Numbered from the stretch's first letter, positions 10,260-20,170 are shown. The stretch is DNA of 64,000 bases from Acutalibacteraceae bacterium (GCA_045595505.1 JAZOAO010000027.1:84717-148716); one strand, 5' to 3'. Program-made: numbers and translations. The notes: generated by a model from the letters alone, not told the origin.

Positions 10260-10354
10260 ACGACATTATACTAATATAATTATATTATAGAAGCAATGCG
10301 ATTTCAATAGGAATGTTTATACAAAATTTTGGGAGATTTTTGTTAATTCGACAT

Positions 10355-10398
10355 ATAAAAAGCAAAGCTCCGAAGCGAACTTCGGAGCCGTATGCTTT
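10355..10398 (-). terminator. Intrinsic terminator of rpmB
   Basis: 9-bp GC-rich stem gctccgaag / cttcggagc (10367-10375 / 10380-10388) with a cgaa loop. The minus strand continues with tttgcttttt. Confidence 0.85.
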
Positions 10399-10414
10399 TT
10401 AACAATTCAGTTAC

Positions 10415-10603
10415 TTAGATAGCGCGGGTAACCTTACCGGAGCGCAAGCAGCGTGTGCAAGCATATACTCTCTTGGGAGAGCCGTTTACGATTGCTTTAA
10501 CTCTTTTTACGTTGGGTTTCCAGGTTCTGTTTGAACGTCTGTGTGAGTGAGAAACCTTGATGCCGAAAGCAACTTCTTTGTTACAAAATTCACATTTTGC
10601 CAT
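10415..10603 (-). CDS. rpmB: 50S ribosomal protein L28
   Basis: MAKCEFCNKEVAFGIKVSHSHRRSNRTWKPNVKRVKAIVNGSPKRVYACTRCLRSGKV is a canonical L28 sequence of the right length (62 aa). Confidence 0.95.
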   Translation of the reverse strand: MAKCEFCNKEVAFGIKVSHSHRRSNRTWKPNVKRVKAIVNGSPKRVYACTRCLRSGKVTRAI

Positions 10604-10771
10604 TGAGCTGCACCTCCTTCAAATTTTTTCAAGATAAGTCTAAACATAAGACAACGAACGTATAATATCACCTTTCGCCGTCAAATGCAAGCATTTTTTT
10701 TGAAATTGTCCGTTTTTATGAACTTTCACAGTTTATTAGGGATGTTATTGCAATATTTTTTTCAAAATTGC

Positions 10772-10800
10772 TTGATTTTTTAAGAATGATGATATATAAT
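10772..10800 (+). promoter_or_regulatory. Sigma-A type promoter of recA
   Basis: TTGATT (10772-10777), a 17-nt spacer, then TATAAT (10795-10800), about 55 nt upstream of the recA ATG. Confidence 0.6.
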
Positions 10801-10812
10801 GCTATTTGAAAC

Positions 10813-10825
10813 CGAACATTTGTAC
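10813..10825 (+). promoter_or_regulatory. Cheo/LexA (DinR)-like SOS box overlapping the recA transcription start region
   Basis: The site reads cgaacatttgtac, that is GAAC-N4-GTAC. This has one mismatch to the Firmicutes consensus GAAC-N4-GTTC. It lies 13 nt downstream of the -10 hexamer. Confidence 0.55.
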
Positions 10826-10852
10826 ACTACCAAAAAGGAGATATATTAAGAA

Positions 10853-11965
10853 ATGGCAGAAAGAAATGAAAAAAACAAAGCACTTGAAACAGCACTTTCA
10901 CAAATAGAAAAGAATTTCGGTAAAGGTGCAATTATGCGTCTCGGAGAAAATGCAGGACTTAATGTTGAAGCAATTCCCACAGGCTCAATTGCTCTTGATG
11001 CGGCTACGGGTATAGGAGGACTTCCTCGCGGAAGAATTGTTGAGATTTACGGACCTGAAAGCTCAGGTAAAACCACCCTTGCTCTCCACGTTGTTGCAGA
11101 GGCACAAAAAATGGGTGGCGAAGCTGCATTTATCGATGCTGAACACGCCCTTGACCCCGTTTATGCAGCTGCTTTGGGTGTTGATATTGATTCTCTTCTT
11201 GTTTCTCAGCCCGATAACGGTGAACAGGCGCTTGAAATAACAGAATATCTTGCTCGCTCAGGTGCACTTGATGTTATTGTTGTTGACTCTGTTGCAGCTC
11301 TTGTTCCAAAGGCTGAAATTGAAGGCGAAATGGGCGACTCTCACGTTGGTCTTCACGCTCGTCTGATGTCACAGGCTTTGAGAAAATTAACAGGTGCAAT
11401 TTCAAAATCCAATACAGTTGTTATCTTTATTAACCAGCTTCGTGAAAAGGTTGGCGTTATTTACGGTAACCCCGAAGTTACAACAGGCGGTCGTGCGCTT
11501 AAATTCTATTCAACTATTCGAATTGATGTAAGAAGAGTTGAACAGCTTAAAGGTGCAGGAAACGAGTTTATCGGTTCAAGAACAAGAGCAAAAATTGTTA
11601 AAAATAAAGTTGCCCCTCCCTTTAAAGAGGCTGAATTTGATATTATGTATGGCGAAGGTATTTCCAAATACGGCGAGCTTCTTGATTTAGCAGTAAAAAT
11701 GGAGGTTATCAGAAAAAGCGGCGCTTGGTTCTACTACGGTGAGGAAAGACTGGGTCAGGGCAGAGATAATGTTAAAGAATATATCAAAAACACTCCCGAA
11801 TTTTGCGCAGAAATTGAAGGTAAGGTTCGCGAAGGTATAAAAAATCTTATTTCCGCCAGAAATCCCATTTCTCGCAGAGAACAGGCAGCTCCTGCCCCTG
11901 CTGAACCTGTTTCAAAAGAGACTGCAAGAGCAAAAATTGATATTGCAGTAGATGATGACGAGTAA
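10853..11965 (+). CDS. recA: Recombinase RecA
   Basis: Highly conserved RecA sequence, including [33 protein letters not shown] (Walker A) and [28 protein letters not shown]. Confidence 0.98.
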   Translation: MAERNEKNKALETALSQIEKNFGKGAIMRLGENAGLNVEAIPTGSIALDAATGIGGLPRGRIVEIYGPESSGKTTLALHVVAEAQKMGGEAAFIDAEHALDPVYAAALGVDIDSLLVSQPDNGEQALEITEYLARSGALDVIVVDSVAALVPKAEIEGEMGDSHVGLHARLMSQALRKLTGAISKSNTVVIFINQLREKVGVIYGNPEVTTGGRALKFYSTIRIDVRRVEQLKGAGNEFIGSRTRAKIVKNKVAPPFKEAEFDIMYGEGISKYGELLDLAVKMEVIRKSGAWFYYGEERLGQGRDNVKEYIKNTPEFCAEIEGKVREGIKNLISARNPISRREQAAPAPAEPVSKETARAKIDIAVDDDE

Positions 11966-11971
11966 TAAATA

Positions 11972-12586
11972 ATGAATATTACATCCAAACAGGGTAACGG
12001 CAATAAAGTTCATATCTATATTGACGGAGCTTATACCCTCACACTTTATGACGACTATTGGTATCTTTGCGGTATTAAGGACGGTCAGGAAATTTCAGAG
12101 ATACAGCTTGCTTCCTTAAAAGAGGAGGCAGGCTTTCGCTCTGCTTATGAGAAGGGTATAACCTATCTTTCTATGAGAGCTTATTCCGAAAAAGAACTGT
12201 ATGATAAGCTGAAATTGAAATTCGGTGCTGAGTCCTCTCGCAGAGCGGTAGATAAAATGCTTGAGAGAGGTTATATTGATGATGAGGCCTTTTGCAAAGA
12301 GTATGTAAGGTATCTTTTTGAAGTAAAAAAATATGATGTAAAGAGAATTACATACGAGTTAAAAATTAAAGGAATAGATGGCGAAACTGTTAACAATACC
12401 CTGAAAATACTTGACAATGAGCCAATTTCGCGTATTATAGAAATGTTAAGGACAAAATACGAAAACAAGCTTGAAACGGAAAAAGACAGAAAAAGAATTG
12501 TCAACCGTTTCGTAAGAATGGGGTATTCCTATTCAGATATAAAATCTGCATTTTACGAGTGCGGATTTGAAATGCCGAAAGGTTAA
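11972..12586 (+). CDS. recX: RecA regulator RecX
   Basis: It lies 6 nt downstream of recA. The 204-aa helical-repeat protein (YLSMRAYSEKELYDKL..., RAVDKMLERGYIDDEAF..., IVNRFVRMGYSYSDI) matches the RecX three-repeat layout. Confidence 0.85.
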   Translation: MNITSKQGNGNKVHIYIDGAYTLTLYDDYWYLCGIKDGQEISEIQLASLKEEAGFRSAYEKGITYLSMRAYSEKELYDKLKLKFGAESSRRAVDKMLERGYIDDEAFCKEYVRYLFEVKKYDVKRITYELKIKGIDGETVNNTLKILDNEPISRIIEMLRTKYENKLETEKDRKRIVNRFVRMGYSYSDIKSAFYECGFEMPKG

Positions 12587-12596
12587 GGTGAAATTT

Positions 12597-13925
12597 ATGT
12601 CACGAAAAATCGGGATGATTAGTTTAGGTTGTCCAAAAAACCAGGTAGATGCAGAATTGATGCTTAAAAAACTTGTTGATGCCGGATATATTCTTGTGCA
12701 AGAAGCAGATAAAGCAGATATTGTCATTGTTAATACTTGTGGTTTTATCGAAGATGCTAAAAGAGAATCTATCGAAGCAATTCTTGAAATGGCAGATTTA
12801 AAAGAAGACGGCTTTCTTAAGAAGATTCTTGTAACAGGTTGCCTTGCTCAAAGATATAATGACGAAGTTTTTGCGGAAATTCCCGAGGTTGACGGCGTAA
12901 TAGGCATAGGGGCAAATGCAGATATAGTTGCAGTTTGTGACGCTATTTTTGAAAATAACGAGCAGTATAAGGACTTTCCTGATAAGGAGCAATTGCCTCT
13001 TGACGGCGGAAGGATTCTTACCACTCCCGAATATACTGCATACCTTAAAATTGCAGACGGTTGCTCTAACTGCTGTTCTTACTGTGCAATTCCTTCAATA
13101 AGAGGCGGTTTCAGAAGCAGAAAAATTGAAGATGTTCTTGAAGAAGCGAATATGCTCTGTGAAAAAGGGGTTAAAGAGCTTATTCTCGTAGCACAGGATA
13201 CAACCCGATACGGTGAAGACCTTTACGGTGAGTTAAAACTTCCCGAGCTTTTAGATGAGCTTAATAAAATTGAAAAACTTCAGTGGATTCGTCTTCTCTA
13301 TTGTTATCCGGACAGAATCACAGACGAACTTTTAACTGCAATTGCAGAAAATGAAAAGGTTTGTCATTATATTGATATTCCCTTCCAGCACGCTGACGGC
13401 GAAATTCTTAAAGCGATGAACAGAAGAGGCGATAAAGACTCGCTTCTTGCTCTTGTGGAAAAAATCAGAGCAAAAATCCCCGATGTTGTTTTGAGAACAA
13501 CCTTTATTGTCGGCTTTCCCGGAGAAACGGAAGAGGCGTTCACAACTCTTTCCGAATTTGTTAACGAGGCAAAAATTGACAGAGTTGGTTGCTTTGCCTA
13601 TTCTCGTGAAGAGGGCACACCCGCATATGATTTCGAAAATCAGGTTGACCCCGAGGTTGCAGCAGAGCGTGTTGAAGCAATTATGACCCAGCAATATACA
13701 ATTTCCGAACAGAAATCGGAAGAATGTATGGGCAAAACCTACGATGTTCTTGTTGAAGGCTACGATTCTTATACAGACAGCTATTACGGCAGAACATATA
13801 TGGATTCCCCTGATATTGATAATAATATTATTTTTACCTCAGGATACGAAATTGAAGCAGGAGAAATTGTTCCCGTTGAAATGTTTGATAAGGATGAGTA
13901 TTCGCTCATTGGTGAAGCAGTATGA
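12597..13925 (+). CDS. rimO: Ribosomal protein S12 methylthiotransferase RimO (radical SAM, MiaB family)
   Basis: UPF0004 N-domain (SLGCPKNQVDAELM...VNTCGFI), radical-SAM CxxxCxxC (CSNCCSYCAIP) and a C-terminal TRAM domain. Start placed at MSRKIG (12597) behind RBS aaggtg; the track ORF starts at 12567. Confidence 0.9.
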   Translation: MSRKIGMISLGCPKNQVDAELMLKKLVDAGYILVQEADKADIVIVNTCGFIEDAKRESIEAILEMADLKEDGFLKKILVTGCLAQRYNDEVFAEIPEVDGVIGIGANADIVAVCDAIFENNEQYKDFPDKEQLPLDGGRILTTPEYTAYLKIADGCSNCCSYCAIPSIRGGFRSRKIEDVLEEANMLCEKGVKELILVAQDTTRYGEDLYGELKLPELLDELNKIEKLQWIRLLYCYPDRITDELLTAIAENEKVCHYIDIPFQHADGEILKAMNRRGDKDSLLALVEKIRAKIPDVVLRTTFIVGFPGETEEAFTTLSEFVNEAKIDRVGCFAYSREEGTPAYDFENQVDPEVAAERVEAIMTQQYTISEQKSEECMGKTYDVLVEGYDSYTDSYYGRTYMDSPDIDNNIIFTSGYEIEAGEIVPVEMFDKDEYSLIGEAV

Positions 13926-14494
13926 AAAATATGAATGTTCCCAACCAATTGACGATTATAAGAATAATTCTGACCCCCATATTCCTCGCTTTGTTTCTGA
14001 GTGATATCCCCCATCACTATCTAATAGGTTTGATTGTTTTTGCAATAGGTTCGTTTACTGATTTTCTTGATGGGAAAATTGCAAGGAAAAAGGGTATTGT
14101 GACCGTTTTCGGTCAGCTTGCAGACCCTGTTGCAGATAAAATTCTCACAACCTCAGCTTTACTTGCATTTATGCAGTTCGGTCTTTGCAATATATGGATT
14201 ATTATGATTGTATTACTTCGTGAGTTTACAATTACATCTTTCCGTCTTGTTGCAACGGCTCAGGGAATTGTTATTCCTGCCAATGTTTACGGCAAGCTTA
14301 AAACTATTTCACAGATGGTTTTTTCCCTTGTTATTATGATTCTTGCAGAGCTTAATGATATCGGCGTTCTCGGTGAGAATTTCCCCATTTCTGCAGTATC
14401 AAACGGACTTTTGTGGATTACTGCCGCTCTTTGTGTGATTTCAGGCGTGATTTACGTTAAACAGTCTATTAAACTTATTGACTTTTCGAAATAA
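13922..14494 (+). CDS. pgsA: CDP-diacylglycerol--glycerol-3-phosphate 3-phosphatidyltransferase
   Basis: CDP-alcohol phosphatidyltransferase motif DFLDGKIARKKGIVTVFGQLADPVADK in a 190-aa membrane protein. Its start has a 4-nt ATGA overlap with the rimO stop. Confidence 0.9.
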   Translation: MKNMNVPNQLTIIRIILTPIFLALFLSDIPHHYLIGLIVFAIGSFTDFLDGKIARKKGIVTVFGQLADPVADKILTTSALLAFMQFGLCNIWIIMIVLLREFTITSFRLVATAQGIVIPANVYGKLKTISQMVFSLVIMILAELNDIGVLGENFPISAVSNGLLWITAALCVISGVIYVKQSIKLIDFSK

Positions 14495-14503
14495 GGTGAA
14501 ATT

Positions 14504-15928
14504 ATGCAGCTTTATAACTCACTTACTCATAAAAAAGAGACTTTTAAAGAAAATGTTCAGGGCAAGGTTAATATGTATACCTGCGGTCCTACAGTTTACC
14601 ACTTTGCACATATAGGAAATCTTCGCAGCTACATTATGGAAGATGTGCTTGAAAAGCATCTTCGTTACAGCGGTTATGATGTTAAACGAGTAATGAACAT
14701 TACTGACGTCGGACATCTTTCAAGCGATGCAGATACAGGCGAAGATAAAATGCTCAAGGGCGCCAAAAGAGAAAATAAATCTGTTATGGATATTGCAAAG
14801 TTCTATACGGATGCTTTCTTTGAGGACTGTAAAAAACTTAATATTAAGGTTCCCGATGTAGTTGAACCTGCAACAAACTGTATTGATGAATTTATTACAA
14901 TGGTTCAGGGCCTTCTTGATAAAGGCTATGCCTATGTTGCAGGCGGAAATGTTTATTTTGATACATCGAAGTTGGATGAATACTATGTTTTCAACAAGCA
15001 CGACAGCGATGAATTAATGGTCGGTGTTCGTGAGGGCGTTGAAGAAGATACAAACAAACGCAACAAAAACGACTTTGTTCTTTGGTTTACAAAATCAAAG
15101 TTTGAAGAACAGGCTCTTAAATGGGATTCGCCTTGGGGCGTAGGCTATCCCGGTTGGCATATTGAATGTTCCGCTATCAGCCTCAAGCATCTGGGCGAAA
15201 AACTTGATATTCATTGTGGCGGTATTGATAATGCTTTCCCCCACCATACAAACGAAATTGCTCAGAGTGAAGCATACCTCGGTCATAAATGGTGCAATTA
15301 TTGGTTTCACGTTCTTCACCTTAACACCAATACAGGCAAAATGAGTAAATCAAAGGGTGAATTTCTTACAGTTTCTCTTTTGGAAGAAAAGGGCTATAAT
15401 CCTCTTGCATACAGATTTTTCTGTTTGCAGTCCCATTACAGAAAACAGCTTGTTTTCTCTTATGAAAATCTTGACGGTGCCGCAACTGCTTATGAAAAAC
15501 TTCTCAAGAAAATTGCAACGCTTAACCCTTGCGACGGCGACGAGCTTGATATGGCGACAGTTGAAAAACTTCAGGGCTCGTTCAAAGCGGCTCTTGATAA
15601 CGATATAAACACATCTCTTGCAGTTACTGCAGTTTATGATGTCCTCAAAGAGAAAACCAATGATAAAACAAAAATTTATCTGCTTGAGGATTTTGATAAG
15701 GTTCTTTCTCTTGATTTGGTTGAGGGTGCAAAGAAAATTAGCGGAACTAAAGAAGAAAATGCAGAGCTTGACGATTTTGCAAAATATGTTGAAGAACAAA
15801 TTGCTTTGAGAGCTGAAGCTAAAAAAGCCAAAAACTTCGCAGAGGCAGACAGAATCCGTGACGAGCTGGCATCAAAGGGCGTTACACTCCTTGATACTCG
15901 CGAAGGCACAAAATGGACTAAGGAATAA
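14504..15928 (+). CDS. cysS: Cysteine--tRNA ligase
   Basis: Class I aaRS signatures HIGN (HFAHIGNLRSY) and KMSKS (GKMSKSKG), plus the CysRS block WHIECSA. Confidence 0.97.
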   Translation: MQLYNSLTHKKETFKENVQGKVNMYTCGPTVYHFAHIGNLRSYIMEDVLEKHLRYSGYDVKRVMNITDVGHLSSDADTGEDKMLKGAKRENKSVMDIAKFYTDAFFEDCKKLNIKVPDVVEPATNCIDEFITMVQGLLDKGYAYVAGGNVYFDTSKLDEYYVFNKHDSDELMVGVREGVEEDTNKRNKNDFVLWFTKSKFEEQALKWDSPWGVGYPGWHIECSAISLKHLGEKLDIHCGGIDNAFPHHTNEIAQSEAYLGHKWCNYWFHVLHLNTNTGKMSKSKGEFLTVSLLEEKGYNPLAYRFFCLQSHYRKQLVFSYENLDGAATAYEKLLKKIATLNPCDGDELDMATVEKLQGSFKAALDNDINTSLAVTAVYDVLKEKTNDKTKIYLLEDFDKVLSLDLVEGAKKISGTKEENAELDDFAKYVEEQIALRAEAKKAKNFAEADRIRDELASKGVTLLDTREGTKWTKE

Positions 15929-15939
15929 AAGGTATATTT

Positions 15940-16311
15940 ATGACAAGTAAAGAAAGAGCAAAACTCCGTGCAGAAGCAAACGGTCTTGACCCGATTTTCC
16001 AAATCGGTAAAGAGGGTGTTACAGATGCGGTTATTGCACAAATTGAAGATACTTTTAATACAAGAGAGCTTTTTAAAATCAAGGTTCACCTTGAATCCTC
16101 TCCTGAACAACCGAAAGAAATTGCAGAGAAAATTTCAAAAGCAACAGGTTGTGACGTTGTTCAGGTAATCGGCGGAACAATTGTTGTTTTCCGCATCAAC
16201 CTTATTCTTCGTCAGAGGGCGGCGGAAAAGAAAAAACGTCAGCAGGAAAAAGCAAGAAAAGAAGCTCTTGAAAGACGTACCGAGCGTACAAAAAAGAAAT
16301 ACAGCAGGTAA
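15940..16311 (+). CDS. yhbY: YhbY-type CRM-domain RNA-binding (ribosome assembly) protein
   Basis: LTSKERAKLRAEANGLDPIFQIGKEGVTDAVIAQIEDTFNTRELFKIKV... matches the YhbY/CRS1 fold. It has an extra Lys/Arg/Glu-rich C-terminal tail. Confidence 0.8.
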   Translation: MTSKERAKLRAEANGLDPIFQIGKEGVTDAVIAQIEDTFNTRELFKIKVHLESSPEQPKEIAEKISKATGCDVVQVIGGTIVVFRINLILRQRAAEKKKRQQEKARKEALERRTERTKKKYSR

Positions 16312-16316
16312 AAATT

Positions 16317-16997
16317 ATGAGTGAAATTGTTACCGTAAACAAAAAGAAAAAGGTCGGTTCTTTTATAATCGGTCTATTGGTTCTTGCCCTTGCAATTACA
16401 GGGGTTGTGAGCATCGGGAAATTTGCAATAGAAAAATTCTATTCGGGCGAGGAAGAGGTCGTTGACTATTCAGGTTATGCAGAGTTTTTAACCTGGGTAG
16501 TTGGCGTTGATCCCGATTCTTTTTCAGATATAACCAAGGCAGATAAAAATGCTCTTCTTAATATTGCAATCTGCACTCTTTTAACGGATGACGTTAAAAC
16601 AGGGGACTATAATGTAACAGAAAAGGGACTTATAGTTCCTGCGGAAGATGTAGCAGGCTATTATCTTAAAATGTTCGGACCGGATGTTGAAATAGTACAT
16701 TCTACCGTTATGGGTTACGGTTATGAGTTTACCTATGATGCAAGTGAAAACACCTATACTGTTCCTCTTACAGGTGTAACTCCGCCATTTACAGTGAGAA
16801 TTGAATCCGTTGAAAAAACAGGCGGGCTTGCCGTTCTTCGTGTAGGCTATGTGGGAACAAATAATATTGAGGTTGATCCCGACGGAACAATCGCCGCAAC
16901 CCAGCCCGACAAATATGCTGACATTACACTCAAAGAAACAGAAACGGGTTATAACCTGATTTCTGTTATGGCAGTAACAGCAGGCGAATATCAGTAA
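16317..16997 (+). CDS. Membrane-anchored hypothetical protein (N-terminal TM helix, extracytoplasmic domain)
   Basis: KKKKVGSFIIGLLVLALAITGVVSI is a signal-anchor. The rest is a soluble domain of unknown family. This is the last gene of the recA-to-yhbY co-directional block. Confidence 0.55.
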   Translation: MSEIVTVNKKKKVGSFIIGLLVLALAITGVVSIGKFAIEKFYSGEEEVVDYSGYAEFLTWVVGVDPDSFSDITKADKNALLNIAICTLLTDDVKTGDYNVTEKGLIVPAEDVAGYYLKMFGPDVEIVHSTVMGYGYEFTYDASENTYTVPLTGVTPPFTVRIESVEKTGGLAVLRVGYVGTNNIEVDPDGTIAATQPDKYADITLKETETGYNLISVMAVTAGEYQ

Positions 16998-17004
16998 AAC
17001 AAAT

Positions 17005-17044
17005 TCGGTCAGATACAAATCACTTTTGATTTGTATCTGACCGA
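17005..17044 (+). terminator. Long-stem hairpin terminator after the 16317..16997 gene
   Basis: Perfect 17-bp stem tcggtcagatacaaatc / gatttgtatctgaccga (17005-17021 / 17028-17044). The downstream T-tract is weak (taaactttta). Confidence 0.65.
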
Positions 17045-17057
17045 TAAACTTTTATAT

Positions 17058-17087
17058 GCTGGCAACTGGCAGCTGGCGACTGGCAGC
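17058..17087. repeat. Four tandem GC-rich heptamers (gctggca actggca gctggcg actggca)
   Basis: Read directly from the sequence. It sits between the upstream terminator and the ppdK promoter region, in otherwise AT-rich intergenic DNA. Confidence 0.8.
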
Positions 17088-17252
17088 TTAATTCCGCACT
17101 CCATTGTCTATCTTCACCAAAAATTTCCCTGTTAGATAATGGGAATTTTACCTTTAAACTATGGAAATATTAAAAAATATGTGTTACAATGAGCGATGGT
17201 GTAATAACTCTAATTGCGCCAAAACGCGCAAAAAATTTATTGGAGGTAAATT

Positions 17253-19877
17253 ATGAGCAAGAAATTCGTTTATTTGTTCAAAGAGGGCGACGCTTCGATG
17301 CGTGAGCTTCTCGGTGGTAAGGGTGCAAACCTTGCAGAAATGACCAACATCGGTCTTCCTGTTCCTCAGGGTTTCACAATCACAACTGAAGCTTGTACTC
17401 AGTACTATGAGGACGGCAGAAAAATCAACGATGATATCCAGGCACAGATTATGGAATACATCGACAAAATGGAAGAAATTGTTGGCAAGAAATTCGGCGA
17501 CAAAGAAAATCCCCTTCTCGTTTCTGTTCGTTCAGGTGCTCGTGCATCAATGCCCGGTATGATGGATACAATCCTTAACCTTGGTCTTAACGAAGATGTT
17601 GTTGAAGTTATGGCTGCAAAGTCAGGCAACGCTCGTTGGGCTTGGGACTGCTACAGAAGATTTATTCAGATGTATTCTGACGTTGTTATGGAAGTTGGTA
17701 AGAAATACTTCGAGCAGCTTATCGATGAAATGAAAGAAGCTAAAGGCGTAACTCAGGATATCGAGCTTACTGCTGAAGACCTCAAAGAGCTTGCAGGTCA
17801 GTTCAAAGCTGAATACAAATCAAAAATCGGTAAGGACTTCCCCTCAGATCCCAAAGAACAGCTTATGGGCGCTGTTGAGGCTGTTTTCCGTTCATGGGAC
17901 AACCCCCGTGCAAACGTTTACCGTCGTGACAACGATATTCCTTATTCATGGGGTACTGCTGTTAACGTTCAGGCTATGGCATTCGGTAATATGGGTGATG
18001 ATTGCGGTACAGGTGTTGCTTTCACTCGTGACCCCGCTACAGGTGAAAAAGGCCTTATGGGTGAATTCCTTGTAAATGCACAGGGTGAAGACGTTGTTGC
18101 CGGTGTTCGTACTCCTATGCCCATCGCTGAGATGGCTGAAAAATTCCCCGAGGCATTCGCAGAGTTTACAAAGGTTTGCGCAATCCTCGAAGATCATTAT
18201 AGAGATATGCAGGATATGGAGTTCACTGTTGAAGCAGGCAAGCTCTATATGCTCCAGACAAGAAACGGTAAGAGAACTGCAAAAGCTGCTCTTAAAATCG
18301 CTTGCGACCTCGTTGACGAAGGTATGATCGATGAAAAGAAAGCTGTTGCAATGATCGATCCCAGAAACCTTGACACTCTTCTCCATCCCCAGTTTGATGC
18401 TAAAGCTCTTAAAGCTGCAACTCCTGCAGGTAAAGGTCTTGGCGCATCTCCCGGTGCTGCTTGCGGTAAAGTAGTATTTACTGCTGAAGATGCAGAGGCT
18501 TGGAATGCTCGTGGCGAAAAGGTTGTTCTTGTTCGTCTTGAAACATCTCCCGAAGATATCACAGGTATGAAAGCATCTCAGGGTATTCTTACAGTTCGTG
18601 GCGGTATGACATCTCACGCAGCTGTTGTTGCTCGTGGTATGGGTACTTGCTGTGTATCCGGCTGTGGCGATATCAAAATGGACGAGGAAAACAAGAAATT
18701 TGAACTCGCCGGTAAAACATATGTTGAAGGCGACTACATCTCAATCGACGGTTCTACAGGTAACATCTACGACGGCATCATCCCCACAGTTGACGCTGAA
18801 ATCGCAGGTGAATTCGGCAGAATTATGGATTGGGCTGATAAATACAGAACTCTTAAAGTTCGTACAAATGCTGATACTCCCGCTGATGCTAAAAAAGCTC
18901 GCGAGCTCGGTGCAGAAGGTATCGGTCTCTGCCGTACAGAGCATATGTTCTTCGAGGCAGAAAGAATTGCTGCATTCCGCGAAATGATCTGTGCAGACAC
19001 AGTTGAGGAAAGAGAAGCAGCTCTTGATAAGATTCTTCCTTATCAGCAGGGCGACTTCGAAGCTCTCTATGAAGCTCTTGAAGGCAACCCCGTTACAATC
19101 CGTTTCCTTGATCCTCCGCTTCATGAGTTTGTTCCCACTGAAGAAGCTGACATCAAGCTCCTTGCAGATGCACAGGGCAAATCCGTTGAAGATATCAAAG
19201 CTATCATCGCTTCTCTTCACGAGTTTAACCCTATGATGGGTCACCGTGGCTGCCGTCTTGCAGTTACTTACCCCGAAATTGCTGCAATGCAGACAAAGGC
19301 TGTAATCCGCGCAGCTATCAATGTTCAGAAAGCACACGCTGATTGGAATATCGTTCCCGAAATTATGATTCCTCTTGTTGGCGACGTTAAGGAACTCAAG
19401 TTCGTTAAGAAGGTTGTTGTTGAAACTGCTGATGCTGAAATCGCAGCTGCAGGTGCAGACCTTAAATACGAAGTTGGTACAATGATCGAAATCCCCAGAG
19501 CTTGTATCACAGCTGACGAAGTTGCTAAAGAAGCTGACTTCTTCTGCTTCGGTACAAACGACCTTACTCAGATGACATACGGCTTCAGCCGTGATGATGC
19601 CGGTAAGTTCCTTACAGCTTACTATGACAGCAAAATCTTCGAGAACGATCCCTTTGCAAAGCTCGACCAGAACGGCGTTGGCGCTCTTATGGAAATGGCT
19701 GTTGAAAAAGGTAAAGCAAGTGGTAAGAACCTCCACTACGGTATCTGTGGTGAGCACGGCGGCGACCCCGTTTCCGTTGAATTCTGCCACAAGATTGGCC
19801 TTAACTACGTTTCTTGCTCACCCTTCCGCGTTCCGATCGCTCGCCTCGCAGCAGCTCAGGCTGCCATCAAGGGATGA
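17253..19877 (+). CDS. ppdK: Pyruvate, phosphate dikinase
   Basis: 874 aa with the PPDK phospho-histidine region GILTVRGGMTSHAAVVARGMG and a C-terminal PEP-utilising TIM barrel (GIGLCRTEHMFF, FFCFGTNDLTQ). Confidence 0.97.
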   Translation: MSKKFVYLFKEGDASMRELLGGKGANLAEMTNIGLPVPQGFTITTEACTQYYEDGRKINDDIQAQIMEYIDKMEEIVGKKFGDKENPLLVSVRSGARASMPGMMDTILNLGLNEDVVEVMAAKSGNARWAWDCYRRFIQMYSDVVMEVGKKYFEQLIDEMKEAKGVTQDIELTAEDLKELAGQFKAEYKSKIGKDFPSDPKEQLMGAVEAVFRSWDNPRANVYRRDNDIPYSWGTAVNVQAMAFGNMGDDCGTGVAFTRDPATGEKGLMGEFLVNAQGEDVVAGVRTPMPIAEMAEKFPEAFAEFTKVCAILEDHYRDMQDMEFTVEAGKLYMLQTRNGKRTAKAALKIACDLVDEGMIDEKKAVAMIDPRNLDTLLHPQFDAKALKAATPAGKGLGASPGAACGKVVFTAEDAEAWNARGEKVVLVRLETSPEDITGMKASQGILTVRGGMTSHAAVVARGMGTCCVSGCGDIKMDEENKKFELAGKTYVEGDYISIDGSTGNIYDGIIPTVDAEIAGEFGRIMDWADKYRTLKVRTNADTPADAKKARELGAEGIGLCRTEHMFFEAERIAAFREMICADTVEEREAALDKILPYQQGDFEALYEALEGNPVTIRFLDPPLHEFVPTEEADIKLLADAQGKSVEDIKAIIASLHEFNPMMGHRGCRLAVTYPEIAAMQTKAVIRAAINVQKAHADWNIVPEIMIPLVGDVKELKFVKKVVVETADAEIAAAGADLKYEVGTMIEIPRACITADEVAKEADFFCFGTNDLTQMTYGFSRDDAGKFLTAYYDSKIFENDPFAKLDQNGVGALMEMAVEKGKASGKNLHYGICGEHGGDPVSVEFCHKIGLNYVSCSPFRVPIARLAAAQAAIKG

Positions 19878-19969
19878 AGGAATTAAGCTGAACCCCAGTA
19901 ATATCAAGGGTTTCGCGACTTCTCTTACAAAAGTTGTAGCTGTATAACAGCTATTAAACTAGCAATCAG

Positions 19970-20002
19970 CTCCCCGTATTCGAAAGAATATGGGGAGTTT
20001 TT
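19970..20002 (+). terminator. Intrinsic terminator of ppdK
   Basis: 12-bp stem ctccccgtattc / gaatatggggag with one G-U pair, a gaaa loop, then tttttg. Confidence 0.85.
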
Positions 20003-20170
20003 GTAACAAAATAATAGGACAATTATGTTAGTGAAATGTTTTTTGAAATTTAAAGAGTAATATATGTGATTTAAAAAAACACTTGTATTTAGACGAAAAT
20101 ATGATATAATATAGAAGGGATAATGGTTGAAGAATATAATATAATTGAATGAACAAACTATGTATGTAGG

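Noticed and set aside
14495-14503. T-box leader expected upstream of cysS
   Set aside because: Only 9 nt separate pgsA and cysS, so there is no room for a T-box. cysS is evidently transcribed as part of the recA-to-yhbY block.
15350-16110. 149-aa and 144-aa minus-strand ORFs overlapping cysS/yhbY
   Set aside because: They are antisense shadows of two well-supported conserved genes.
18741-19790. 349-aa minus-strand ORF (and several other 60-220-aa ORFs on both strands) inside ppdK
   Set aside because: They lie entirely antisense to, or out of frame with, an unambiguous highly conserved ppdK reading frame. They have Cys/Ser/Phe-rich low-complexity translations and no RBS, as is typical of shadow ORFs in a biased-codon gene.
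20123-20152. 9-codon mini-ORF (MVEEYNIIE) with a gaaggg RBS-like sequence downstream of a ttgtat-N17-tataat promoter, upstream of xre
   Set aside because: It is too short and the region too AT-rich to separate from chance. I have no conservation evidence. It is noted only as a possible leader peptide to check if the region proves to be regulated.
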